A DNA stretch of 64,000 nucleotides, from positions 45,448,001 through 45,512,000 of the forward strand of contig OZ249436.1 of NCBI GenBank assembly GCA_965235115.1. The letters are read 5' to 3'. Each line of letters opens with the position of its first letter. Within the stretch, counting starts at the first letter, position 1. This document shows positions 12,697 to 25,740 of the stretch, one piece after another. The DNA is from Laetmonice hystrix (taxonomy: Eukaryota). The notes beneath the pieces are model-generated. The model saw only the letters and a program-made list of their open reading frames with translations, was not told the DNA's origin and did not search any database. Made by a program: the position numbers and the translations under genes.

Positions 12697-14897
12697 GAAA
12701 CCTGAAACGAAATGCAAAAGGAATTTCTGATTTCAGGGATTAAAACAAATTGCCTATTTTTGCAGTTTTTCTGGTGGCGGATGGGAAAGGTAGCATCGTC
12801 CACAATTCACCCAGTCTCTCTGAGTGCAAAGGTTTAATGATTTCATGCGTCTGCCACTTGACTGGACGTACTAAAGTCAACATTTAGTTTTCCGACGAAA
12901 AATGGAAACACAGAATAATGCTTTGGATGCTTGCGAATAGTGGCGTTAATTGTTGCGTGAGCGATAATGGAGGTTGATTCAGCAAACGGGGAGATGACTG
13001 TTTGAATGGTTGGTGTTCATTGATGGTTAACGACAACAGTTGTGCATACAGAGTGATGACAACTGGCAGTTATAATCGTACACACAAGTAAATGGATTGG
13101 GATCAATGTCTGTAATGAATGGTACGGCGCGATGTGGGGCACGTGACTGACCACAGTCATTGCCGTTCGTTGAATAATTCAGAGACAGCGTTTTACGGCC
13201 AGCGTCCCATCAACTCGTCAGCGACCCCTGGCGGGATTATTATAGTCCTCCCGATGGGGTCGAGAGCTCACGACGTGATTTCGTTATTTTGCCATGTCCA
13301 ATGCAGTTACGAAACCCCATTGCAGATTCATTGTAGTGCTAAGCAATCCAAACGAATGCTTTAAAGGACCATGAGCGTGACATAATTATAGGACAGAATG
13401 AAAATATAGGCCTACCTGGGAGGTGGGGTGATTTCCAAAGCTCACCCCCCGTGCTTGCGGCAGCAGGTGAAGGTTTTCTCATCTGGCTCATAGGGGACTT
13501 AAACCCCTGAGGGGAAATCCCTGTGATCATCAGCCTGGAACCTTGTCCAATCAGTCACTACGCCCTCGCCCCTCCCGAGAAGAGACACTCCCCCCCCCCC
13601 CCCCCCCCGCAGATCCGTCGTCGGTGACCCTAAAGACCGCTCCTGTTCGACTTTATACGGGCTGGGAGGTGTCGTGGCAAGAAGTAACTTACAAACAGCC
13701 TGTTTGGTGTCGTTTACCACTTGTGGAGAGCAGGTACAACCATGCATGGCTTAGGTATCGTTTCACAATTGAATGACCCCCCCCCCCCCCCGCCGCCCGT
13801 GTGGGGCGAAGTTCAAACGCCCGTTCCTAAGTCTAATTAAATGAACCAACAAAAGCACAATGCCCTCGGAATCAGCATAGGAATATCGTCAGCCACAACT
13901 GTTAGTAAGACAGTCACTGGGGGATGTCTCCGGGATGTCCTCGTTTGGCGACAAAGTTCTTAGTAAGACGGGCGTCGGGTCTCACTCACTTCACAATGGC
14001 ACAAATGTAAGCCTAGTTCGTGGAAATGTCGAAAACCGATTTTTCCGGGAACGTGGTCAGAATATTAAATGATGTGACATTCGAATCCAATTGCTGGGTA
14101 TTTATAGACCTGTGCATCTGCAATACGTCGGTCGGGGTTCCCGCGAGCTGGACAATGACTTTGACAATGACAATGAACTGAGGAAATCGCACTTGAAGTT
14201 TTGCACTTTTCTCATGCGTGTTCAAAATCAATCTATTTCTTTCATTAAGGGCCTGATCCACTCGGCACACCGTTCAAGGGACTGACGTCATGTATAGGCT
14301 GTACGACGAAGGTCGCCATGTTGGGGGGTGGGGTGGGTGGGTGACTAGGTCGGGGTCAGTAGCCCGGATGTCGAACTTAAGAGGTTTGAAAGTCCCACGT
14401 GCCGCCGTACCGAAAATGGAAAACTCCCCACTTAATTAGCCTTTGTTGGACTTTACAGATTTAGAATATCTGGTTTGCTTGGAGGTGAAGAAGAGACTGC
14501 TTTGCCCTTACAGTAGAAAATTCGAGAAGGATATAGGTATGTTGAGAAATTAGTTTTGAACTAAGTGCCTGTGCGTAGGGGGAAACTCGACTATTTACTG
14601 CTCATCTCTACATCCGCGATGCCGTTTTACACGACTTTGCGCAAATCCTGGGGAAATGACCGCTTCATATATACATCCGAGGCCTGGTTCGCCTCCGGAT
14701 ATGACCTAGAAACAGCCAATCAGAAGCAGCGTCGGTGTTCCGAGTGGGCCTGATCCACCGGCCGGCCGGCCGATGTTGCTATGGTTGGCCGTGGTGGACA
14801 AAATCAAGAATGCATCTCACCGAAAACCATGTATTCGTGATTTTCTATATTATGGCCAATCATAACGGTGAAATGCCTAAATCGGGGGGGGGGGGGG

Positions 14898-15262
14898 GGT
14901 CCAGGAGGGTCCCAGGAGGGCCCCAGGAAGGTCCCAGGAGAGCCCCAGGAAGGCCCCAGGAAGGTCCCAGGAGGGCCCCAGGAAGGTCCCAGGAGGGTCC
15001 CAGGAGGGTCCCAGGAGGGTCCCAGGAGGGCCCCAGGAAGGTCCCAGGATAGCCCCAGGAAGGCCCCAGGAGGGTCCCAGGAGGGCCCCAGGAAGGTCCC
15101 AGGAGGGTCCCAGGAGGGCCCCAGGAGGGCCCCAGGAGGGGCCCGGGAGGGGCCCGGGAGGGGCCCGGGAGGGGCCCGGGAGGGGCCCGGGAGGGGCCCG
15201 GGAGGGGCCCGGGAGGGGCCCGGGAGGGGCCCGGGAGGGGCCCAGGAGGGCCCCAGGAGGGC
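14898..15262. repeat. GC-rich 12-bp minisatellite (about 30 copies) with a polar variant gradient
   Basis: ccaggagggtcc / ccaggaaggtcc units grading to ccgggaggggc. Confidence 0.95.
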
Positions 15263-15610
15263 CACAGAAAGCTTTATTGAATATTTGACGCAGAATCAAC
15301 GGTTCGCCTGGAAACTCTAATTCTCGCCCGTGAATATTCGACGTGTTGCTATGGAAACCATATGAGATCAGTGCGACAATGTAGGCCTATCATATTGCTA
15401 CCTGATTTGGGCCTAATTTCTATATTTAACGTTTCGCCGTGATATAGTTGTTCAACTGCGTGGAGATAATTTTCTTTTAAAAAAACCACAAAATAATTGT
15501 TCAGAAGTTCAACTGTTTTGCGCATAATTTGCGCATTATTTGCTTTTCAGTTAGGGGCCATCTCAAAAGTTCATACGTTTTTTTCTAAATTGAATCCGTT
15601 TAATTTGGAG

Positions 15611-15783
15611 CAGGGTTTCCTGCAGGCCCTTTTGGGGGGGAGACCCCCCCCATTATTCAGCTACTCCCCCCCAAAAATTCCCAGGGGGAAATATTTTGCA
15701 TTACTCTCCCCCCCCTCCCCCCAAAAAAACTCGCAGCATCCCCCCCCCCCCAAAAAAAAGTCGAAAATCTCCAGGAAAGCCTG
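15611..15783. mobile_element. MITE with 5-bp TSD
   Basis: TGGAG|cagggtttcctg ... caggaaagcctg|TGGAG; poly-G/poly-C interior. Confidence 0.65.
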
Positions 15784-17413
15784 TGGAGTGAGAACAACAA
15801 TGGCTGAAAAATACATACTATCATGATACCAGCCCTTGAATGCCCCAGTACATTGAGAATAGAGACCTGGGAACTATGTATTAGTGAACAATGACGGTTA
15901 TTCAATATGTTTAATATTGCACCAATGCTTAGTTTTAAAATATACGAAATTTAGTGGCAGAACTGACATGCATTCAACTGTTTCTTCACAAATTAAACTG
16001 GGCCTCAGACCATCACCCACTGTTTTAAACTGTTTTAATTTAGAAGAAACGTGTGAACTTTTGAGATGGCCCCTTACGGGCTTCCGTAGAAAAAACTGTT
16101 GTCTTCTATCCTACTGATGGAAATTGTCATTTATATTGATAAACATTTTGAAATATCGTGGAAAAAACGGAATTTCGTGAGCGAAATAGCATTTCAGTCG
16201 GACAACAAGCGCGAGTTTTGAGTGCACATATGACGGAACTGGATGTTGGTTAGAGCATGATGGGAATTCCCCCTGGCGGGAGTTTTAACTGTCGCATATA
16301 CGTGTTTGAGATCGGTCACTTTACATCAAGACACTGTCTGTTCAAGTTGTTACCCGCCGCCACCCCTAGCGCCTCCTGTTCTTGGAAGGCGTCGTTTGGT
16401 CTCCAGAGGCCGTCGGGCCCAACTGCTACAGGAGTCTGATGTTACTCTTCCAGTAGCCACGGGAGTAACTGGAAGGGAGATCCGCCTTCTGGACAACGAT
16501 TTCACTATGTTATCCCACTTCCCGTAGCCACGGGGTGAATGTTATTGTAATCTTTAAAGACTGTCTCCGATATTAGACTTTCATTTCATGATTGCAGAGG
16601 ACTTGTTGACATATTGTTGTCCATGCCCGAGGCATCAGGAGGACGACCTGTACCCCAAACATCAATCTGTAAACTGGGGGAAAACTTTGTTGTTGAATAG
16701 TAGAAATAAAATTTCTACAAAAAGGGTGTGCGCGTTTGTCTGACTGAAAAACTGTTTACCAGATCATATATCAGGTATCATGTCAGATTTCAATTTCTGC
16801 ACCGGCATGTTGACGGCAGCATGATCTTAAAACAGAAAATACCATAGTATAGTTTGTAATTCTGCCGCCTGAAATGTAAAGTAAAGTTCGATACACAGGG
16901 ATACTGTTACAAAGAACGCCAAGCAAGCGGCGGAGGCGAGGGTGGCGAGGAGATAATTTAATTTTTAGTAATTTCTCTCTCGGCATGATTAGTGTGATTA
17001 TCGGATTATTAAAGGTGAGATAAGAAATGAACCTAAGAATATGGTATCACTCTGATATTGGATACTAATGTGAGAACTCATCTCAAGACATTCAGCTTAC
17101 ATGGGAAGATTAGATAGGTTCATTAGTGCGATTGAGAAGGACTGTTGACGTAAGCTTGCAGAATCATTGTTGCATGGATATCCATTTCAATATACAGCCA
17201 TTTAAAGCGAGGGTCTCGTCCTTCAGCATTGTGCGATAAGGGGTCCACCCTAACGGTCGATGTGCTATTTATAGATGTCAGTTCCTATGCTACAGCATAG
17301 GATGGACGTGAAATAGGTCACTAGGCCGAGGTGGTTGCGAGCATGGTCTAACGGACGAGACTGCTGCTTTAAGACAATATAAGTAGACTTTAATAACCAA
17401 TATGTTACGACCT

Positions 17414-17622
17414 AAACTCTGTTCGCTCTAAGAAGAGCTCGACCTCGGCCTCATTAAAGCTGTGACCTGCCCCCTCCTCCCGCCTACGCACAGCTTGCGT
17501 ATCACAAGTCGTGACCGCCTGTCACTCAAGAATGTGACCAAATTTCACGTGGTTCTGTATTACCCCAAATGAAGTAACAGCTTTAATGAGGCCGAGGTCG
17601 AGCTCTTAGAGCGAACAGACTA
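17414..17622. mobile_element. Foldback MITE (~45-bp TIR; CTA right terminus, Academ-like)
   Basis: tctgttcgctctaag(aag)agctcgacctcggcctcattaaagctgt ... acagctttaatgaggccgaggtcgagctcttagagcgaacagacta. Confidence 0.7.
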
Positions 17623-17919
17623 TAATGTCATGACGTGAAGTCAGAATATGGTTTAAGAAGAGGAATCACACTGTCTGTATGGCAACATAAGTAGACCTAT
17701 ACTGTTGCAGTGTAATGGCATTTTTCCATCAGTATAGACCTATTCCACCGATAGCCTAAATTCTTTTGACCAAAAAAAGGGGGGATCGGCCCCTGAACCG
17801 TCATGGTTACGTGAATAACTGCTGTATTGAACATCACATACATTTTTAGTGGGCAGGATTCGCAAACTTTTTTAACTATTATTTTAATCAACCCCCGGAC
17901 ATAATGCTTTATATGTTAT

Positions 17920-18430
17920 GGGCCACCAAGGTGATTTTCAATGCGACAAATCGCCGTTTGGCCATCGCTTGAATCGCCTTGGTGTGCAAGCTCACACGAG
18001 CGATGATGACCATCGCCTAAGCCATCGCATGGCCAGGCGATGGCTCAGGCGATGCTATTCAATATATTGAATCGGATATGCAACACCACCCTCGGCGACT
18101 GTCGCATGGGTTTCTTTGGTTGTTTCCGATACCACTTGAAGGCGACTCAGTCGGTTTTTTGCTTCCCGGACCTGACGCTAGGTGTACGAATATGATTATG
18201 TCGAGATTAATTACATGATCGCATGATAATCACATGACGCATCATGATCACATGACATCATGTGGGATCATCGTGTGGGATCATCGCCTAGGATCATCGC
18301 GCTGGTGTGCATGGACACCAATCGCTAGACCATCGCATGCGATGGTCAGGCGATCACGCCAATCTCAGGAGATCATCTCATGAGACTGTCGCTTGACCGT
18401 CGCCGGTACATCTCTTTGGTGTGCAGGGCC
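17920..18430. mobile_element. Degenerate PIF/Harbinger-like MITE
   Basis: gggcc..accaa left end and ttggtgtgcagggcc right end; dense internal catcgc/gcgatg and ggtgtgca motifs. Confidence 0.5.
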
Positions 18431-18507
18431 TATTAAAGTTATATTATGTTAAACGATTCTACGGTGGCCTAAAAGGGACATCATTATATTATAGTTTTAT
18501 TTTCCCT

Positions 18508-18690
18508 GCGTATTACAACTTTTTTTAAAAAACTTTTTTTTGATTGATTTGAATATTGATTTTTTTTCTTCTAATTCCACCCGGGTGAAAAGTATTTCCA
18601 CCCAGGTGAAAAGTATTTCCACCTTTCACCCGGGTGGAAATACCCGGGTGGAAATAGAAGAAAAAAATCAAAACGTTTCTTGTAATACGC
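18508..18690. mobile_element. Short palindromic element
   Basis: gcgtattacaa ... ttgtaatacgc ends with internal ttccacccgggtg(g)aaa palindromic repeats. Confidence 0.55.
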
Positions 18691-19116
18691 CTTTTAAATT
18701 TGACAGCTAGTGACCTTTGATAAGTGGGTGAACGTCCTGTGGTATCTATAGATATCGTAACCTACGTGTAAGTGTAATGTGATATCGTAGTTCCCCACAG
18801 TAACTTCAGAACACAACTGTCTTGACATTAAAATGTTTTACATTAGTCCCTTCATATTTATCAGTATCGGCGAAGGCATTATGCGCTTTCACCACTCATG
18901 GTAACATAATACTTTGACTGTATGCTCAAAGCCTTAGATGTGTATGTCTACAGGATCAAAATAATTTCGATTGTCATGTATACATTTGTAGTTGAAGAAC
19001 ACTAAACTTTATAAAATCTTAGAGTTTTACAAAGTCTTACAGTTTACAAAGTCTTACAGTTTTATACTGGTATGATATGGCTGAAGCAATACTAACTTGT
19101 CAGAAAAAAAACACTT

Positions 19117-19323
19117 TAGAGAGACAAAGAGAAAGAGATGGAGAGGGAGAGAGGTAGACAGAGAGAGAGAGTGAGTGCCAGAGAGAGTGACAGAGCTAGA
19201 GAGAGCTAGAGAGATATAGAGAGCGAGATAGATATATAGAGATAGATATATAGCGAGGATAGAGAGATAGAGCGCGAAAGGGATAGAGAGCGAGAGAAAA
19301 GATAGAGAGAGAAAGAGAGAGAG
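19117..19323. repeat. Degenerate (GA)n-rich low-complexity tract
   Basis: gagagatagagagc-type repeats. Confidence 0.85.
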
Positions 19324-20183
19324 TTCTTGAATTCGTTGTTCTGACAGGAGTTTGGTATGTGGGTAGGTTTAAAGGGGGGATTTGCTTAAGGGGGTAGCAT
19401 GATCAATTCAGAAAGTTCTATATAGAAAAAAAGACAAATCGGCTGCCGGGGGGCAGGGGGTTAAAGCCCCTACCCCCTGGATCTTAGGTTTTCAACAGCG
19501 TCTGTTTCCAGACTAAGACAGAACGTGGAGACTGGTGCAACGGCTCTCGTTACAACCAGAACAACTTCGACAGCAGGAACCAACGAAAGGTTGAAAGTGT
19601 ATCAAGATTATCTCCTGATGATATTTACTTTCCAGCAGCATTTTGAAAAGTGGGGCAGCGGCCGGCGTGTCTTTTCCTTCCTGGAAAAGAAAGGACGCAC
19701 AGGTTCAGCTCAGATATAAAAGAAAATGCAGATTCAGGTGAAATCACAAACTTGAAACGGAGGACGGACGTATCTCCGCCCATAACATTGTCCCTCTGAG
19801 ATATCGTAGTATTTGTACTGCCACTTGTGTCGAGTTATCCTAGAGACAGCTTATCCTCTCAAAAAACTTACTGCACACAGCTGCCCTGGTAAATGTAAAG
19901 ACCTTTCCGATAAGAAACAGCACATCCTATATATTATGTACTAAAACATTAAGACTGTATTTTGTAAATTCTGATGACCTAAGTAACAAAAACTGTCATC
20001 AACAACTGTGGCTAATACATTTCCGTGTGACGGTTCTTTTCCTCAATTGTCTTTTTGTCTCTGTTCAAGGTTAAACTTTTTTTGTAAATATAGTAAGCAG
20101 GCGTATTTAAAAAAAAAAATTATTGAACATATTTTACCAGGATATCCCGCTCGAATGTCGTACCGTCACAAATGCAGGATCCT

Positions 20184-20908
20184 GTTAGGAGAGGGTTCAG
20201 GGCTAGGGAACAGGCCCGGTGTGTTAGGTGAGGGTTCAGGGCTAGGGAACAGGCCCGGTGTGTTCGGTGAGGGTTCAGGGCTAGGGAACAGGCCCGGTGT
20301 GTTCGATGAGGGTTCAGGGCTAGGGAACAGGCCCGGTATGTTAGGTGAGGGTTCAGGGCTAGGGAACAGGCCCGGTGTGTTAGGTGAGGGTTCAGGGCTA
20401 GGGAACAGGCCCGGTGTGTTCGGTGAGGGTTCACGGTTAGGGAACAGGCCCGGTGTGTTAGGTGAGGGTTCAGGGCTAGGGAACAGGCCCGGTGTGTTAG
20501 GTGAGGGTTCAGGGAGGGAACATCCCGGTGTGTCAGGTGAGGGTTCAGGGCTAGGGAACAGGCCCGGTGTGTTCGGTGAGGGTTCAGGGCTAGGGAACAG
20601 GCCCGGTGTGTTAGGTGAGGGTTCAGGGCTAGGGAACAGGCCCGGTGTGTTAGGTGAGGGTTCAGGGAGGGAACAGCCCGGTGTGTTAGGTGAGGGTTCA
20701 GGGCTAGGGAACAGGCCCGGTGTGTTAGGTGAGGGTTCAGGGCTAGGGCTAGGGAACAGGTCGGTGTGTTAGGTGAGGGTTCAGGGCTAGGGAACAGGTC
20801 GGTGTGTTAGGTGAGGGTTCAGGGCTAGGGAACAGGCCCGGTGTGTTCGGTGAGGGTTCAGGGTTAGGGAACAGGCCCGGTGTGTTCGGTGAGGGTTCAG
20901 GGTTAGGG
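20184..20908. repeat. G-rich minisatellite, 39-bp unit, about 18 copies
   Basis: Unit gtgttaggtgagggttcagggctagggaacaggcccggt; three GGG runs per unit. Confidence 0.95.
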
Positions 20909-21646
20909 AGCCGTTCTAATTCCTACCAATCTTTGTGAGATGTTACTGTGGAAAAAGTTTCGAGACGAACGGAAAACTATAGTCATATTATGCATGATAT
21001 AAATTTTATCTAAGCTCATAAGTAAATAAACAATCTTGCAGATAAAAATTTAGGGTAAATAAATTGATGAAGCATGTTTCTTTATTCCTCTATTATTATG
21101 TATATTGTCACAACTGGTACTTTGGCATTTAAATACAAATGTGTGTACTTACATAGGTGTCTGCTTGTGTAAAGTCTTATACCTTAATCTGGACCATTAA
21201 TCTCTTTATGAATGCATCTAACAAAATTGGTGTTGTAATAAGATTATTAGAAAAGATGGGTGGATCGCGAGCTCCTTACGTCGACTGGTTGGAAATAATC
21301 AACAGTGGTATGTAACTATATTAACGCCCAACCACTTTCTCCTTTATTCCAGGCTCAAATAGATTAGTGTAAGTAAAATTCCCAGTCTAGCTTTCAGCAG
21401 CACTTAAAGAAAGAAAGAAGTTCTAATTCGAGTGTTATTATACGAGCGTAAATCTAAGTGTATATTTGATATCCCCCAGAATAACTCCCGATGTAATCAT
21501 TACAAAGCTATCCTGGCAATCCATCTAATAAACTTCTTCCTTAACTATATCGTGTTTCCCTGATAATTAAATATGCTGACTGAGTGTTTTCGGGGAGAAT
21601 TGCGAAGCGATGATATAGTGTGTATTTATTGTGAAGTTTCCGGGCT

Positions 21647-24600
21647 GTGGGAGAGTGTTTCGTAGTGGGCAGATCTAGGTAATATAAACGGAGCCAGGGG
21701 TACACTCAGAGTCTTCAGTTGGGTGGGAGAGTGTTTCGTAGTGGGCAGATCTAGGTAATATAAACGGAGCCAGGGGTACACTCAGAGTCTTCAGTTGGGT
21801 GGGAGAGTGTTTCGTAGTGGGCAGATCTAGGTAATATAAACGGAGCCAGGGGTACACTCAGAGTCTTCAGTTGGGTGGGAGAGTGTTTCGTAGTGGGTGG
21901 ATCTAGGTAATATAAACGGAGCCAGGGGTACACTCAGAGTCTTTAGTTGGGTGGGAGAGTGTTTCGTAGTGGGTGGATCTATAGGTAATATAAACGGAGC
22001 CAGGGGTACACTCAGAGTCTTCAGTTGGGTGGGAGAGTGTTTCGTAGTGGGTGGATCTATAGGTAATATAAACGGAGCCAGGGGTACACTCAGAGTCTTC
22101 AGTTGGGTGAGAGAGTGTTTCGTAGTGGGTGGATCTAGGTAATATAAACGGAGCCAGGGGTACACTCAGAGTCTTCAGTTGGGTGGAAGAGTGTTTCGTA
22201 GTGGGTGGATCTATAGGTAATATAAACGGAGCCAGTGGTACACTCAGAGTCTTCAGTTGGGTGGGAGAGTGTTTCGTAGTGGGTGGATCTATAGGTAATA
22301 TAAACGGAGCCAGGGGTACACTCAGAGTCTTCAGTTGGGTGAGAGAGTGTTTCGTAGTGGGTGGATCTATAGGTAATATAAACGGAGCCAGGGGTACACT
22401 CAGAGTCTTCAGTTGGTGGGAGAGTGTTTCGTAGTGGGCAGATCTAGGTAATATAAACGGAGCCAGGGGTACACTCAGAGTCTTCAGTTGGGTGGGAGAG
22501 TGTTTCGTAGTGGGTGGATCTATAGGTAATATAAACGGAGCCAGGGGTACACTCAGAGTCTTTAGTTGGGTGGGAGAGTGTTTCGTAGTGGGTGGATCTA
22601 TAGGTAATATAAACGGAGCCAGGGGTACACTCAGAGTCTTCAGTTGGGTGGGAGAGTGTTTCGTAGTGGGTGGATCTATAGGTAATATAAACGGAGCCAG
22701 GGGTACACTCAGAGTCTTTAGTTGGGTGGGAGAGTGTTTCGTAGTGGGTGGATCTATAGGTAATATTAACGGAGCCAGGGGTACACTCAGAGTCTTCAGT
22801 TGGGTGGGAGAGTGTTTCGTAGTGGGCAGATCTAGGTAATATAAACGGAGCCAGGGGTACACTCAGAGTCTTCAGTTGGGTGGGAGAGTGTTTCGTAGTG
22901 GGCAGATCTAGGTAATATAAACAGAGCCAGGGGTACACTCAGAGTCTTCAGTTGGGTGGGAGAGTGTTTCGTAGTGGGTGGATCTATAGGTAATATAAAC
23001 GGAGCCAGGGGTACACTCAGAGTCTTTAGTTGGGTGGGAGAGTGTTTCGTAGTGGGTGGATCTATAGGTAATATTAACGGAGCCAGGGGTACACTCAGAG
23101 TCTTCAGTTGGGTGGGAGAGTGTTTCGTAGTGGGCAGATCTAGGTAATATAAACGGAGCCAGGGGTACACTCAGAGTCTTCAGTTGGGTGGGAGAGTGTT
23201 TCGTAGTGGGTGGATCTATAGGTAATATTAACGGAGCCAGGGGTACACTCAGAGTCTTCAGTTGGGTGGGAGAGTGTTTCGTAGTGGGCAGATCTAGGTA
23301 ATATAAACGGAGCCAGGGGTACACTCAGAGTCTTCAGTTGGGTGGGAGAGTGTTTCGTAGTGGGCAGATCTAGGTAATATAAACGGAGCCAGGGGTACAC
23401 TCAGAGTCTTCAGTTGGGTGGGAGAGTGTTTCGTAGTGGGCAGATCTAGGTAATATAAACGGAGCCAGGGGTACACTCAGAGTCTTCAGTTGGGTGGGAG
23501 AGTGTTTCGTAGTGGGCGGATCTATAGGTAATATAAACGGAGCCAGGGGTACACTCAGAGTCTTCAGTTGGGTGGGAGAGTGTTTCGTAGTGGGTGGATC
23601 TATAGGTAATATAAACGAAGCCAGGGGTACACTCAGAGTCTTCAGTTGGGTGGGAGAGTGTTTCGTAGTGGGCGGATCTATAGGTAATATAAACGGAGCC
23701 AGGGGTACACTCAGAGTCTTCAGTTGGGTGGGAGAGTGTTTCGTAGTGGGTGGATCTATAGGTAATATAAACGGAGCCAGGGGTACACTCAGAGTCTTCA
23801 GTTGGGTGAGAGAGTGTTTCGTAGTGGGTGGATCTATAGGTAATATAAACGGAGCCAGGGGTACACTCAGAGTCTTCAGTTGGGTCGGAGAGTGTTTCGT
23901 AGTGGGTGGATCTATAGGTAATATAAACGGAGCCAGGGGTACACTCAGAGTCTTCAGTTGGGTGAGAGAGTGTTTCGTAGTGGGTGGATTTATAGGTAAT
24001 ATAAACGGAGCCAGGGGTACACTCAGAGTCTTCATTTGGGTGGGAGAGTGTTTCGTAGTGGGCGGATCTAGGTAATATTAACGGAGCCAGGGGTACACTC
24101 AGAGTCTTCAGTTGGGTGGGAGAGTGTTTCGTAGTGGGCGGATCTAGGTAATATTAACGGAGCCAGGGGTACACTCAGAGTCTTCAGTTGGGTGGGAGAG
24201 TGTTTCGTAGTGGGTGGATCTATAGGTAATATAAACGGAGCCAGGGGTACACTCAGAGTCTTCAGTTGGGTGGGAGAGTGTTTCGTAGTGGGTGGATCTA
24301 TAGGTAATATAAACGGAGCCCAGGCACGTACCCAGGGGGGGGGGGGAGTTCCAGGGGTTCCGGACCCCCCCCCCCCCTTCCGGTCCCCAGGTCGACTGGT
24401 GCAAAAACACAGGTAGCCCCCGGGCAGCCCTCTTGTCCTGATGGAACCCCCCTAAGCACAATCCTGGGTACGTGCCTGGGAGCCAGTGGTACACTCAGAG
24501 TCTTCAGTTGGGTGGGAGAGTGTTTCGTAGTGGGCAGATCTAGGTAATATAAACGAAGCCAGGGGTACACTCAGAGTCTTCAGTTGGGTGGGAGAGTGTT

Positions 24601-25313
24601 TCGTAGTGGGCGGATCTATAGGTAATATAAACGGAGCCAGGGGTACACTCAGAGTCTTCAGTTGGGTGGGAGAGTGTTTCGTAGTGGGCGGATCTATAGG
24701 TAATATAAACGGAGCCAGGGGTACACTCAGAGTCTTCAGTTGGGTGGGAGAGTGTTTCATAGTGGGTGGATCTATAGGTAATATAAACGGAGCCAGGGGT
24801 ACACTCAGAGTCTTCAGTTGGGTGGGAGAGTGTTTCGTAGTGGGTGGATCTATAGGTAATATAAACGGAGCCAGGGGTACACTCAGAGTCTTCAGTTGGG
24901 TGGGAGAGTGTTTCGTAGTGGGCAGATCTAGGTAATATAAACGGAGCCAGGGGTACACTCAGAGTCTTCAGTTGGGTGGGAGAGTGTTTCATAGTGGGCA
25001 GATCTAGGTAATATAAACGGAGCCAGGGGTACACTCAGAGTCTTCAGTTGGGTGGGAGAGTGTTTCGTAGTGGGTGGATCTATAGGTAATATAAACGGAG
25101 CCAGGGGTACACTCAGAGTCTTCAGTTGGGTGGGAGAGTGTTTCGTAGTGGGCAGATCTAGGTAATATAAACGGAGCCAGGGGTACACTCAGAGTCTTCA
25201 GTTGGGTGGGAGAGTGTTTTGTAGTGGGTGGATCTATAGGTAATATAAACGGAGCCAGGGGTACACTCAGAGTCTTCAGTTGGGTGGGAGAGTGTTTCAT
25301 AGTGGGTAGATCT
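21647..25313. repeat. Satellite array, 76/78-bp units, about 45 copies, interrupted once by a MITE
   Basis: Unit gatct(at)aggtaatataaacggagccaggggtacactcagagtcttcagttgggtgggagagtgtttcgtagtgggYR. Confidence 0.97.
24321..24478. mobile_element. 158-bp MITE with perfect 16-bp TIR and 6-bp TSD, inserted in the satellite
   Basis: GGAGCC|caggcacgtacccagg ... cctgggtacgtgcctg|GGAGCC; neighbouring satellite units give the empty site. Confidence 0.92.
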
Positions 25314-25608
25314 GGGAACATTTTGGAGCGTGGTCCGCCGCATATTCTGTTTTGCAATTTTTAGTCATTTTTGGGGACGCATTTTGAAACTCTCAGCTCA
25401 TCGCATGGACACGCCCGGGGACGATGAGGTGTATGCTGGGAAGGTGGGGAGAACAACAGCGGGCCAAGAAGTAGGAAAGTGGAAATAATAGCAATTATAA
25501 GCAATCAGCATACGAAATGCGCATGACAAATATTGACAACTTTATTATAGGGCGATCATCTGACACGTGATTCGTGCTGCCATAATAAATAATACCAGTA
25601 AGTGATTG

Positions 25609-25740
25609 AAATTTGATAGGGGCACATTCCTAGGGTCTTTGCAACTTGATAGGGGCACATTCCTAGGGTCTTTGCAACTTGATAGGGTCACAATCCTTGG
25701 GTCTTTGAAACTTGATAGGAGCACAATCATTGGGTCTTTC
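25609..25740. repeat. 33-bp tandem repeat, 4 diverged copies
   Basis: aacttgataggggcacattcctagggtctttgc. Confidence 0.85.

Noticed and set aside
13416..13534. Possible - strand coding exon (MITGISPQGFKSPMSQMRKP...)
   Set aside because: Weak acceptor, the donor coincides with a TAGGCCTA motif, and splicing to gene B exons gives a stop or phase mismatch
14735..15320. Collagen-like or Pro-Gly-rich ORFs on both strands
   Set aside because: 12-bp GC-rich repeat without Gly-X-Y periodicity
17324..17370. tRNA/SINE A-box-like sequence (ggccgaggtggttgcgagcatggtctaa)
   Set aside because: No B box and no cloverleaf can be built
20008..20772. 254-aa Gly-rich ORF (GEGSGLGNRPGVL)n
   Set aside because: Starts at a GTG in AT-rich sequence, consists of a 39-bp minisatellite, and is broken by a 1-bp deletion within the array
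21647..25313. Hammerhead-ribozyme-like words (CTGAAGA, CGAAAC, and ACACTC/GAGTGT+A pairing) on the - strand of the 77-bp satellite
   Set aside because: The core elements are in the wrong circular order, there is no G-C-closed stem II, and the flanks cannot form stem I, even across adjacent units
21675..25357. Many overlapping ORFs up to 319 aa
   Set aside because: Translations of a stop-poor 76/78-bp satellite; the frame shifts with unit length and there is no splice or start context
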